A stretch of DNA of 64,000 nucleotides from Hyaloraphidium curvatum SAG 235-1 (lineage: Eukaryota > Fungi > Monoblepharomycota): positions 310,001 through 374,000 of the forward strand of contig JAIVFI010000023.1 in the NCBI GenBank assembly GCA_025558095.1. Reading direction: 5' to 3'. The notes under the pieces are model-generated. The model saw nothing but the letters and a program-made list of their open reading frames with translations. It was not told where the DNA came from and did not search any database. Positions 33,284-45,241 of this stretch are shown in pieces. Each line of letters starts with the position of its first letter. Position 1 is the stretch's first letter. The translations under genes and the position numbers were made by a program.

Positions 33284-35983
33284 CTACCGTTCCCCTCTGG
33301 GGTCGAGTCCTTCCTCGTCTTCGTCCTCCCAGTTCCAATCGTCCCTCCAGTCATCCCCACCCCGATTGTTGAGCTCGATCTTGTCCCCACGCCCGTTGCG
33401 CGAGCCGAGCTGCGTGTAGGTCACGGGCGGCCCTCGGCGCCATTTGTACGCCACGTAGAGCGCGCCCATAACCCCCACCACGCCCGCCGCGCCGAGCGCG
33501 CCCATGGTGAGGAAGCTCAGCGCGTCGGGCTCGTCGTCCGAGCCCCCTGACTGCGGGTGGGTCACGCTGATTGGGCTCGAGCCGCCGTCGGTCGCCGGGG
33601 GCTTGGTGACGCTGTCGTCGACGTGCGGCGGCTTGGTAGTGCCGGGAATGTCGTCGTCGTCGTCCTCCTCCTCTCCAGCTCCAATATCGTCGTCGTCCTC
33701 CTCCTCGTCCACGTCCCCGGGCGGGAGCGCCGGCGTGGCAGACGCCGCGGGGCTCGCCGTCGCGTCGGCCGCGGGGGCAGTTGCCACCGGCTCGGTCGCC
33801 GCCGCCGCTGCCGAGGTCGGCGATGCTGCCGCCGACGGCTTCCCGGCGTCCGCCGTGACCTCGCCCTCGGGCACCGAAGCCTCGACAAACTCCCCGCCCC
33901 GCACCGCCAGCGCCGCGATCCCCGCCCCGTCCTCAGCCCTCCTCGCCTTGCCCGCGCCGCCGGCAAACACGTACTCGAACCGCACCGCCGACACCGTCTT
34001 GCCGGGCAGCTCCACCGCGTACCCGATCACCCCGGGCTGCGCGCGCACCGGCCCCGCGCGCTCCGCACCCGAGACCAGGATCCTGAGCCCCGAAAGCGGC
34101 CTGGGCCCGGAGCTCCGCAGCGCAATCACCAGCTCCGCAGCCTGCTCGCCCGCAACCTTGACCTTGAACTCCGCCCAGGCCCGTCCGACGCCTCCCTCAC
34201 CGCCGGCGGGTAGCACAAACACCAGCTCCCCCTTCTTCACGGCCCACGCGCTCGCTGCTGCGCAGTTGCCCGAGCACCCGTGCGAGACTAGCGTTCCCAG
34301 CGCGGGGATGTCGGCGCGCACGCCGGTGGGGAGGTACTTTGCCGCCGCGGGGGCCTTGGTGTTGGCCGCCTGCCTCCTGCGCAGGCGCAGGGACGAGTCC
34401 TCGAGGAACTGCAGGAGCTCCCAGCCTGTGGCGAACTTTTCGGTCGCGGGGGGCGAGGTGCAGGTCGTGCCTTCGAGATTGGCGCGGAGGGGGACCGAGT
34501 CGAGGCGGTCGCACTCGACAAAAGCCGGGACGCCGACCTCGCCTTCGCCAGTCGCGACGGGTTTGGAGGCGGGAAAGTAAAAGAGCGAGGTGGCAGGGGT
34601 GTTGGGGGTGCAGGGCAGGGTGAGGTTCTTGATGAGCGACTTTTCGCAGGCTGTGAAGATTAAAGTGTTCGGTGAGCGACGACCGAGGCAGAGGCAAGGC
34701 TAGAAAAAGACACCAACGGCACAGCGCAATCTTAGTGGCGTCTTTCAGCTTCTGCGTCTCCTCCGTCATATCGCATTTTGTGCCCGCGATCAGCTGGAAC
34801 GAGTACTCGCGGCCGGTGCCCTTGGTAGCCTTGCACGACTTCATTGCCGTCGGCTCAAAGTCCAGCTCGGTGCAGTTGCGCGACGGGCCTTCGGCGGCCG
34901 GCGTCTGTGCGGCCGCCGGCGCGGTGGTCTTGGATTCAGCGGGGGCGGGCGTGGCCTTTTCCGGGGCGGGGGTGGGTGCGGCCTCGGCGGTGGTCGCAGC
35001 GGGCGCCGCAGACTCCTTGGCCGCTTCGGTTGCAGCAGCGGTGGCCGTGGTAGCGGCGGGTGCCTCGGACTTGGCAGCCGGCGCGTCGCTGGGGGCCGCG
35101 ACGGCGCTCGCGGTCGTGCCTTCCGAGGCCGCGCCGTCGGCCGCCGCATCGTCATCCTCCTCGTCATTATCGTCATCCTCGTCGTCGTCCTCGGGCAGCT
35201 GCGCGGCCGGAGTCGGCGCCGGCGCCTGGGATGCGGCGGCCGGCCTGGTGGCCTCCGCGACGGCCGAGGCGGCGGCGCTGGAGACGACCTTTTTCAGGGC
35301 CTCCTCCTCCTTCTCGACCTCCTTCTCCACGTCCTCTGCGGCTTTCTTGAGGTTCTCGAGCTCCTCGAGCTCCTCGGCGGCCTCCTCGGCGGTCGGGTCC
35401 TCTGTGTCCTTTGCGTCCTCGCCCGCACGCCGCCGCAGCCTGGCGCCGTCGTAGCATGGCTCACCCGGGCCAGGCGAGAGCAGCGCGTCCGGGGCCAGCA
35501 CGGCGACGAGGTCCCAGTCGGGGCGCACGGCGGTGCGGTCGGGGTCGCATGCGTCGACGGCCTGCGTCCTGCGCGAACCGGTTACAGCCGGGCCACACCA
35601 CCGGACAGAAAATCCCACCTCAGCGACGGGCACAGGCGCCGCGTCTCAGCGCGGCCGTCCGTTTCGGCGCACACGCGGAAGACGGCGGGGCACAGCAGCG
35701 CGCGCAGGGCGGCGAGGCAGGCGGCGTCGGCGGGCCGCAGCGGCGCGTCGCCCGGCGCGGCGAGCACGGCGTCGGTGCGCGCGGCCTTTGCAATCAGCGC
35801 GTCGCCGCCCGCGCCGTCGCGGCTCTGCGTGGCGTACCGCACGGCGCACGCGCGCGACCGCACCTCGAAAGGCGACGGCTCCGCGCACGGCGCGAGGAAC
35901 GACGCCGCTGACCGCCCCGCTAACGCCGCAAGCAGCGCGAGCACGAGCAGCGCTGGCAGCGCCCGCGCGCTCGGCCGTCCCAT
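33284..35983 (-). CDS. Type I membrane protein: signal peptide, Frizzled-CRD-like Cys domain, Ala/Thr/acidic stalks, second Cys-rich region, single TM, acidic tail (2 introns)
   Basis: Signal peptide ALPALLVLALLAALAGRSAA; CLAALRALLCPAVFRVC...LCPSL..AVDAC; intron 35618-35569; TM ALSFLTMGALGAAGVVGVMGALYVAY-KWRR; tail YTQL...WNWEDEDEE. Confidence 0.7.
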
Positions 35984-36284
35984 CGCGGCGGCGTTGGAGC
36001 TACGTGTCATCGGGTCGGAAAACGATCAGCAGCAGGAGCCCGACGCACTCATCACCACGCCCTCTCCTCGGGACGACACTTGCGAAGCAACTCGAGGCTT
36101 CAAATTGAATACGGCGATCGGACGCATTTGATTTGTCGGACGCTGATTCGTCGGACGAGGACGGTATTGTGGACGGCGGACACATTTCGATGACTCAAGC
36201 CACCAGAAAAAGGAAGTGAAAGAAGTCTGTAGTGATTATGTGACAAAGTGCTACTGCTACCGTGCCGCAGCCCCGCTCCTGCCT

Positions 36285-37325
36285 CTAGTTCCGCCTCAGC
36301 CCCCGTGCCCAGCCCTGGACCTTGGCCTTCGCCCGTCCTAGCTTGGCCTTGATCGCCTCGATCGGCCGCCCGCGGCGCCCCGACCTCGACTCGAAGTGGC
36401 CGCGGATCGCGGCTGCCTCGGGGTCGGGTTGGGGCTCGCCCGTCCTGTAGACGGGCTCGCGGTTAGCGGGCGCCCACGGGTCCCCCATACCTGTGTGGTC
36501 CAGGATGAAGTCCTCGTGGGCGAGCTCCTCGGCCAGCCCGGCGGGCACGGCCCACCAGGTCAGCCTCGGGTCCTGCTTCCGCTTCCGACGTTCGATGATG
36601 ACCTCGGCGTCGTCGCACATGACCATGAACGCCCGACGGTCGAGCGTGTCCCGGTCCCAGTCGTCGAACTCCGGCACCGCCTCCCAGAGGCCAAACTCCA
36701 TGAGGAGCTGGTCCTCGGCCGCGAGCGACCGGAGGTCGTCGAAGGTCAGGCGGTGCTCGGGGTCGACGGAGAGGACCCGCCACCTCGGGTCGCCCTCCAG
36801 CCGCCTGCGCTCGGCAATGGCGAAAGCCCGCACCCTGTCCTCGGCCTCGGCCACCAGGATGCGGCGGTCGCGGTCGGAGAGCTGGGGCACGGGCTTGCCT
36901 GCGTCGAGCACAGGGGCGGAAGGGGTCGCCTCGGTGAACAGGGTCTCGACCGGGGAGGGGGGCTCGGCGGCGGCGGCAGGCTCTGCAGGGGACGCATCGT
37001 CAGCACCGAAGGGCACAAGCGTGAGGACAGAGTCGCAAGGGCTCAGCGTTCGGGTATCGTCCGGCGTGCCGTCGGGCTTGGGCGCGACGGCGAGGGGGTA
37101 GGGCCGGGGCCCCACCACCCTACGCCCCCGCACGCCGAACCCTCGGGCCGCAGGCAGCGCGGCGATGAGCCGTGCTTTCTGCATCTTTCCAACAGCGAGC
37201 ATGAGCACCAGGACGTAGGTCCGGAGGAACCGCGACAGCTGCTCCGCGACCGCCGCGGGCAGGCCAAACATTGGCGCTAGCACCGCGAGGGCGAGGAGCA
37301 GCGGGCGCAGACCACCGGGGGCCAT
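36285..37325 (-). CDS. Hypothetical protein with an N-terminal hydrophobic segment and an internal twofold repeat
   Basis: 346-aa ATG-initiated ORF with coding-like GC3 bias. No family recognised. Confidence 0.6.
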   Translation of the reverse strand: MAPGGLRPLLLALAVLAPMFGLPAAVAEQLSRFLRTYVLVLMLAVGKMQKARLIAALPAARGFGVRGRRVVGPRPYPLAVAPKPDGTPDDTRTLSPCDSVLTLVPFGADDASPAEPAAAAEPPSPVETLFTEATPSAPVLDAGKPVPQLSDRDRRILVAEAEDRVRAFAIAERRRLEGDPRWRVLSVDPEHRLTFDDLRSLAAEDQLLMEFGLWEAVPEFDDWDRDTLDRRAFMVMCDDAEVIIERRKRKQDPRLTWWAVPAGLAEELAHEDFILDHTGMGDPWAPANREPVYRTGEPQPDPEAAAIRGHFESRSGRRGRPIEAIKAKLGRAKAKVQGWARGLRRN

Positions 37326-39614
37326 AACGATCGAGGTGTGTGCAGGTGTTGGCGGGGGCAGAAACCGGTCACTCGTGACTTCGATGTGCTGTTGGGCACT
37401 CGGGTTGGAGTTCGCGGTGGGGGGTCAGACGCCGCCAGACGCCCTCGTTAAATATCCGTCCGGGTTCCGCACGGCTCGCAGCCGCCCGTCCGTTCCGGGC
37501 CCGTAGAGCGGCCGCGCGCGGTCGGGAGGGCCGCCGCGCGCAGGAGGAGGTGCCGAAAAATGTCCGGCATCGGCCGGCGGGGCCGCGGCGCGGGGCGGAG
37601 GGCGCGGGGCGGCGCGCAGCCCGGGAGCGGGAGCGCACCGGTCGGCTGCCCGTCCCCGCACTCCCTCCCGGCCGATCGCCGCCGCGCAGCGCAGGCAGCT
37701 CGCCGAGGCCGGTACCTCATTACTCCGCGGGGCGGCGAGGCCCGGCGGCGACTTTGAAAATCGCGCTCCGGCACAGCCAAGGCACCTCCATTGTTTGCTG
37801 CAATCACCCCGCGGGCGCCCGCCCCGTTGCGGGCCCGGGAGCACCGGCGCCCACCGCTGACGCAGCGCTCCCGCGACGCGCTCCGCGGCGGCGGCGGCGC
37901 AGGTGCCGGAAACCGCGCGTCCGAAGTTCCAAACCCGCTTCCCGGTGCACCCCACTTTTTCAAGATCGCGCCGCAGAGCCGCAGCTCGGCTCCCGCGGAC
38001 TTCGCTGACATCGTTGGAAAGCACAGGAACGGCTGGAGCGGAACCTTTCTGCCTTCCGCCCGCGCAGCGCTCCGTCACCGCTCCCGGTATCCCCGGACCG
38101 AGCAACTCGTCTGCCGCACCAAAGAATCCCTCGCTCCATTTTTGCCGGCATTTACTGGCTGCGAGATATCGCCTCCGAGCGGACCGCGGGCGGCCCAGCG
38201 GCAAACCGTGCGCGCGCTCGAATCCCGGTGCCCGGCCTGCGCGGCACCATCCCGGCTCCACAGAGGTCGGATTGCACAAGCAGGGAGGCTCCAATGACCG
38301 TTGCCGTCTGTTCCCACGCGGCTGCGCCGGCGGCCGCCGTTTCGGCTCCCCCGGCGCGCCGCAGCCCTCTGGAACCCGGCGGACCCGCTCCCACCGGCCC
38401 CACACGCGCAGCGTCGGGCCCTTCGACCACCGCCGCCCGGCGCAGGTCGGCCGACGCCGGGGCAGCCCGCCACCGGACCAAGAGCCGGAGGGCGACGGTG
38501 TGTTTGGCTAGCCGGGCTGGTAAAGCTTCTACGGAGGAGGTCGTTTACGGGCCGGCGAATTCTCGCGCGGCGGCACGAAAAGGGTGGCCTACGTTCATTC
38601 TACTGCTTTGGAAGACGCCAAACCACGTGCTCTGGGCCTCGGTGGGGCATTTGGTTGGCCTGTTGCAGCGCCTGAGCATCGAGACTTCGGCAATGCCGCA
38701 GCGGCCTTCTGCGGGGCCAGACCTTCCATCAAGCGAATGAATCGGTTCTTTGTCTCTGGCTCTCCATGGACCTGTTTGCCGTTTATGAACGCCCTCAGCA
38801 AGTTACGATCGGCCGCGCTGTCGTTTAATTTCTCTCTACTTCCTTCGGCCATGCATGACAAGCTTCCCGAATGCAGAAGGCCACACGGAATCAACGACAA
38901 TGCTTACCGATCCCCTCAGCACATAGAAGAGGCCGATAGGCAGTGTATTCAGCGTAATGACAAAGGTCCTCAGCACGCCGAAGGACGACGAAGCCGAGGA
39001 AACTTGCCCTGAAGCCCTTGATGTCGAGAAAAGCGCCCAGCAGCGCGTCGTGGTGCTGCAGCTTGCCCTCCAGTTTTGAGGTGTCGTCCCCGCTGCGTTG
39101 CGAGACGGCCACGAGCAGTTCCCTGATGTCGGTTGTGGGCTTCCCGGTACAGCCCCGCGATGGCGTCAATCAACCCGTTCGAGAGAGAAAGGTGGACGAG
39201 GTCGGGGATCACAACTGCCACGACGTATGCGAGGAGCATCACGGTCCAGAGCGGGACGCACGAGCCCGCGGCAACGCTTGCGAGCAGCGAGATTGCGATC
39301 GCGGAGCCGGCGCCCTCCTCCTCCTGTTTCAGATCCTCCAGCTCATCATCCTCCTCTTCCAGCAGCAGCAGCAAGGACGAAGGCGGTTCGAAAAGGGACG
39401 GATCCGAGGGGGACGGATCCGATGGGGACGATGCCAAAGCGGCTTCGTGAGCCCACGGATTCGGCGGATGGTCAAATCCTTGCACACACCCGAGATACTA
39501 TGGATGGCCCATTAAGAGTGCCGACATGCCGTCCCGGCCGGGATCATGCTCCAGCTCAGTCAGGTCTTTCTCCTCCTCCACTTCCCTCCATTGACGTGGA
39601 TGGCCGATGCTTCA

Positions 39615-40313
39615 TCAGCTGCAGCCGCCGTTGTTGATGAAAGCGACCGATGCCAGATAGCTAGAATCCGAGAGTCCCGTGCATACGCTTCCTGCGTAGC
39701 ACCAGCACACGAGGCGACCGGCCTGGGGGACTTTTAGCAAGGCACTTGGTCGGCGAGCTAACGAGCTAACACGCACAGTAGTTAGAGCAACTTCCGCCAC
39801 CACGCTGGTGGCAGTCAATGTGGCTGCGTCGCAACGAGCTTGGCATTCAGCCGCGTTGGGATCGATGTCGCTTGTTGTGGCTCCGCTGGCGATCAAGGTC
39901 TCATTCTGCGCGGGACCAGTTTCTTTGCAGACGTTAGGATAGACGTTCGCCTGCCGCGTCCAGGTGCCAGTGCAGTAGCGCTGATAGAGATTGACAAGGT
40001 CGTCCTCCGCGTGGGTGATGCACGCGATCATGTCGGGGGGCGCGCCCGGGTAGGTGTACTCGCTGCGGAGGGCCTCTGCTCAGGTGCGGGCGCGGGCCCC
40101 GTCGGACGGCCAATCAAACCAGAATGCGGACGCGGGGCAGCCGGCGCACGTGGCGGCAAAGAAGACTCCACCGGTGGCCGCGGAGGGGTCGCTGTTTGGG
40201 GGGATGTCAGGGTCGTGGTCTGACTGACGGCGCCGGAGGACCCACGGCGCCGGCGCGGCGGAGACACCGGTAGCTGCGACGAGGGCGAGCAGTACACTCA
40301 GCACGAGGCGCAT
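39615..40313 (-). CDS. Small secreted cysteine-rich protein with a Kex2-like propeptide
   Basis: MRLVLSVLLALVAATGVSA signal and LRRRQ. A GTGCGC...CTGAG...CCGCAG intron joins FFAAT to EYTYPGAPPDMIAC. Cys motifs CQARC and CWC. Confidence 0.65.
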
Positions 40314-41545
40314 CGTGTGTGGGGGGCTCCCGGTCGTGTGTGGGGGCTCCCGGCAGCTTGACGTTTCCAAACAGTACCGGACGTTTTCCACCAGCCCATA
40401 CGCCGCGTCCCGCAGCATCGCAGCCACCAGCCCGTGCGCCGCGCCAGGCCCACCCCTCAAAATGTCGAGCATTGCAGCAAGCGCGAGAACAGCCACTATC
40501 AAGGCCTATGACGGGTCCGTCTTTGTGGAAGGGTACGTGCATGGTACCGGCCTTCGAGACCTCGACGAGACCGGTTAACCGATGCACAGGGAACTTGAGT
40601 ACCGGATGGACGCAGGCAAAGTCGTCCAAGAGATTTGTGGAATTGCGGCTAACACCGGAGTCGAAGAAACAGTCGTGCCTGTTGGCATGGATGCGATTGA
40701 TGTAGGACCGAGCGAGTCGAGCTCGAACCATGCCGCCGTCAAGAGCCTCCACCGAAACGGTACCGGCCATCACGGATGGCATCGCAGTGGCCTCGTCGCC
40801 GCCACGACCCACGTAGTCAGTCGGCACCGGCTGCCGTAGTCTGCCGTAACAAATGAATCCGAAAGCTGGCAGGTACCGTTCAATGACTTCCGAGTCTGGT
40901 CCGGCAGCAGGTGAGTTACAGTCAGCAGCGGCGTCGCCTTACCGGATTCAAACAGAGCAGATACTAAATGAGGGGCGCAGGGCAACTCGGCCCTCATCTT
41001 CCAAAAGCGCCAGCACCGCGGCCCCCTCCTGGTGCGGGGCAACGCGGCCCTCGTATCATTAGCCAGATGCTCACCTTCGCTCTGATCCATCTGCTTGCGC
41101 CCTGGAATACTGTGCAAGGTGTGCTTTAGCCGGAGCTTCGTAGTCACGGAAGTGACGAAGCACCGAGTGATCGGCGGGCGTTGCGAGACGTTTCACCGCC
41201 AGTCCGATCAGCGACGGCCCGTAATGCACGGCATTCTGGGACATCCTGAAGCTCCTACGAAACGGTTTTCCTTGTCGACCCGCCGGTGCAGCCTCAGATG
41301 CGGACGAACATTAGGCGGAGAGTCAAGGCGCCTTCACCTCTCTCTCCTCTCCCAGCTCGCCATATTAGGAATTCCGTGAGCAAGCAAACGAGCCTGGTTC
41401 GTTGTAATCCGCCAGTTGCCGCTCTCACGGGTCGCGGGGCGAATCCGAGTGTGACGCGGCACTTCGGTTGAACCCCCCTCACACGACCCGCCCGCCGAGA
41501 CCCCCACGGAACTTCACGTAGTCCCCCCACCCCCCATTCCGCGCC

Positions 41546-42135
41546 ATGTCCTCCTCCTCCACCCCCCGCCGCCCGCGCCCGCCGCGCCTCCCCCGCATGG
41601 AGGACGGCTGGCTTGTCTGCGAGGCCTCGCTGCTCCTGCCGCCCCCCGCGGACGACGACCTCCCCGGCGCGCCCGGCACGCCCGATCCCACCGACAGCGG
41701 GTTCTCCGAGCCCGACGGGCCGCAGGGCGAGGACGGCGACGACGGCGGCGCGGCGGTGCGGATCGAGGTGCAGCGCGCGCAGGGCGGGCGGAGGGTCGCG
41801 TTCCGGGTCGAGGTCGGCAGGGGCGGGTCGCTGGTGGGTTGCCCCCCGTGCCGCGCCTCCCCCCGTCAAAGGCTCATCGTGGCCGTATACTTGCTCAGGA
41901 CGAGCTGAGGAGGGCGCTCTACGCGCGGTTCCCCGTCTTTGCCCCGCGCCCGGACGAGCAGACCGAGTTCCTCTTTGCCGGGAGGCCGATGCGGGACCTT
42001 GCCGACGCGGAGGACGGCTGCGTGGTGCACTGGGTCGGGGGCGACCAGGTGGCGGCTCCGCGGGCCGGGAGGGGAGGGTGCGCGTCGCCGGCCGAGGCCG
42101 CGGAGAGGCTCGCGGGCCTGGGGTTCGGGTGCTGA
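41546..42135 (+). CDS. Hypothetical protein with a possible ubiquitin-like domain (1 intron)
   Basis: VRIEVQRAQGGRRVAFRVEV...|DELRRALY...EFLFAGRPM...GCVVHWV resembles a beta-grasp pattern. Intron GTGGGT...GCTCAG at about 41834-41898. Confidence 0.5.
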
Positions 42136-42567
42136 TCCTCGGAGCCCCGCGCCGCCTCCGATCGCCTTCTGCGGAGGCAGCCGGGCTGGGCTGCACCGCT
42201 CGGGACTCGATTTCTCCACGCAACCACGCTCCACGCACCTTCTCCGTCGACTTTGACGACCCCACCTTCGCACGACTCGCTACAGCTTAGAGCACGGACG
42301 ATGTGACCACGGACGACGTTGTTTCCCTTGCCGTTATTGCTGTACAGCGGCCTCATGTAGTTGGCCGGCATGTAGATTTTGTTGTTGGGGCCGGGATGTA
42401 GACCGGTCGAATGACGAGTTCGCCAATCACGCTATTTGCGGCGCGGGCCGCTCGGTCGGGTCCGTGACCGTAAGGGGTATTTTGTGACGGTATGCGGTTC
42501 CATCCGCGGATGAATCTCACGGTGGGGAAGAGTTCGGGGCCAGAGACGCTCCGCCTTCGGCGGCAGC

Positions 42568-43625
42568 TCACAGACCGGCGGCGGCGGCGGCCCACGACTC
42601 GCTCGCCGTGCGCAGCTCCGGCTCGCTCATCTCGATCCTGTCCTGCAGCGCCTCGATGTCCCTGATCTTTGCCTGCACCTCCCTCCTCTCGATGGCCCAC
42701 CTGCTGGGCCCCTTCCCCGGCTCGCGCCGGCCCCAGCGCTCCTCGCCCATGTTGGCCCTCGCCGCGTCCCTGGCGGCGATCATCGGCGCCAGCTGGGCCG
42801 TCAGCCGCGCGTGCTTCTGCGCCAGCACCCCCCGCAGCTGCTGCGCCTCGGACAGCAGCATCCCGATGGCCACGCCGAGCTCGCTGCCCCCTCCCCCGGT
42901 CCCGTCGCCGGGCTCGCCCCTTGCCAGCATCTCCGCGAACCGCTCGTCGGCGTAGTACTGCGCCTCGCTGACGCACGCGAGGGCGGCGTCGAAGGCCTCG
43001 CGGGCGTCGCGGAAGAGGTCGGCCGAGGCGAGGAGCAGCGCGCGGCGGGCCGAGGACTCGCCCGTGTGCGCGAGCGCGCGGATGCGGGCGTCGCGGAGGC
43101 GCGGGTGCAGCGAGGGGTCGGAGGGGTCGGCGGCGGAGAGGGAGAGGGCGAGCTCGTTCGAGGCCTGCCAGGAGGGGGGTCGTTAGGAGGGCGCGAACGG
43201 GCGATCGGAGGACGTACGGCGGTGTAGAGGTTCATTGCGGTGGTTGCGTCGGCGAGCAGGACGTCTGCCGGGCGCGAACGATCGAACGAAGCGCGCAGGG
43301 CGGCGCCTGCGGCATTCATGCGCTCCAATGCGGCCTGCAGCAGCGCCTCCGCGGGGCGCGCGTCCGGCGGGTTCAGCGGGTCCTGTGCGCGCCGCGGCGG
43401 CGGGGCCGACAGCACGGCGGCGCCGGTTGTCACCGAGATCGAGAAGCCCGCCATGCCGGGGTACTGCATGTAGCCCGAGGGGTCGGCATACTGCGCGGCG
43501 AACGCGTTCGGGTTCGCGTCCGCGTCCGCGGCGTAGTACGCGTCGTCCCCGGCCTGCGCCTCCGGCTCCCCCGCATCGTTGTCGTCGGCGGGCTCCTCGA
43601 GCGCGGCAAAGTAGTTGCGCGACAT
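42568..43625 (-). CDS. Hypothetical helical/coiled-coil protein (1 intron)
   Basis: Exon [11 protein letters not shown]...MNLYTA, a GTACGT...CCTAAC...GGCAG intron, then a helical exon ending AAAAGL*. Confidence 0.6.
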
Positions 43626-43710
43626 CGCTGCACCGACGCCGGGTTGGGCCTTCTGCGGAGAAGGAAAGGGAATTGCCCGCGGATCGCCAGCTCGTTCGGG
43701 AGGCATTGCG

Positions 43711-45155
43711 ATGAGGGCGGCGGCGGCAGCAGCGGTGCGGAGCGCCCTCGGCGGCGTGCGCGCGGGCGCTTTGCGAACGGCGCGGCGCGGGCTCGCGGCG
43801 CACGCGGCGGCCGCGCAGTCGGGGGACGCCCGCGCGGCAGACGCGCCCGCCCCGCCACCGCCCTCGGCCCGCGAGCGGGCGCGCAGCCGCATCGCCGCGA
43901 TCGACCGCAGGAACGGCTTCGCGGCGGGCGGCGCGCCCCGCACCGCGGACCCGCTGCCGGCACACGCCGCCGCGCTGCCCGTGCTCACGGACCTGCACGC
44001 GCGGCACCACACGTACCTGCGGCTGTCGCTCACAGAGCGCTGCAACCTGCGCTGCAGGTACTGCATGCCCGCGGACGGCGTCGACCTGACGCCCGGCGCC
44101 GACCTGCTGTCGCCGGACGAGACTGAGCGCATCGCAAAGGTGTTTGTCGAGGAGGGCGTGCGCAAGATCAGGCTGACCGGCGGCGAGCCGAGCGTGCGCA
44201 AGGACCTCGTCGAGATCGTCGGTAGGTACTCGTGGCGGGCGACGTCTGTCGTGGGCCTCCACATGGCCGCGGGCGGCTGTCTCCCCCCGGCCTGGCACTC
44301 CGAGATAGACCTTCTCACTCTTCCTCGTTCCCCAGCCCGGCTCAGCGGTCTCCGCCGCCACGGCTTGCAGCACATCGCCATGACCACGAACGGCATCGCG
44401 CTGCATCGCAAGCTGCCGGACCTGCGCGCGGCCGGCCTCGACTCGATCAACCTCAGCCTGGACACCCTGATTGAGGACAAGTTCGAAGTAATCACCAGGC
44501 GGAAAGGTGATCCGGGCCGCCAGATCTTGCCTTCGCACCTTCTGACAACAACGTTCGCCCCCTTGTTGTTGCAGGATTCCGCAACGTGCTAGCCTCGCTG
44601 CACGCCGCGCTGGACCTCGGCTACGCCCCCGTCAAGCTCAACGTCGTCCTCATGCGCGGCATCAACCACCTCGAGATCCCCTCCTTCGCCGCCCTCACGC
44701 GAGACCTCCCCGTCTCGGTCCGCTTCATCGAGTACATGCCCTTTGCCTCCAACGGCTGGGCAGAGGCCGGCATGTTCCCGTACCGCGAGGCTCTCGACCT
44801 CCTGCGCGCCTCTTACCCCGACCTGGAGCGGGCCGAGGACGCGGTGGACGACACGACCAAGCACTGGCGCGTCCCCGGCCACGCCGGCACCGTGGGCTTC
44901 ATCACCAGCATGACCGACGACTTCTGCTCCACATGCACCCGGCTGCGGCTCACGGCCGACGGCAACCTCAAGGTGTGCCTGCACGGCAAGACCGAGGTCA
45001 GCCTGCGGGACGTTTTGCGCGCGGGCGGCTCGGACGACGAGGTCAGGGGCGTGGTGTCGGCCGCGGTCAAGAGGAAGCACGCCAAGCACGCAGGTATGCG
45101 GGCGCTGGGCGAGCGGAGCGGGGAGAACAGGCCGATGATACTGATCGGGGGGTGA
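43711..45155 (+). CDS. MOCS1A: GTP 3',8-cyclase MoaA/MOCS1A (radical SAM) with a mitochondrial presequence, 2 introns
   Basis: [67 protein letters not shown], and the C-terminal NRPMILIGG*. Confidence 0.96.
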
Positions 45156-45241
45156 CGGCGCCAGGTGGGTTCGACGGCTCGCACGAGCGGGATGCGGGAG
45201 CTGACGCGGGAGTTGCAGCTGCGGATCCTCGGCACGCGCTG

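Noticed and set aside
37330-39500. Several ORFs in the GC-rich intergenic stretch and at 38595-39485
   Set aside because: No recognisable motifs or consistent exon chain. A divergent or decayed gene cannot be excluded.
40485-40520. VIGLDSG as a RuvC-I motif
   Set aside because: No downstream RuvC motifs; the frame runs into the promoter and 5' end of the neighbouring secreted-protein gene.
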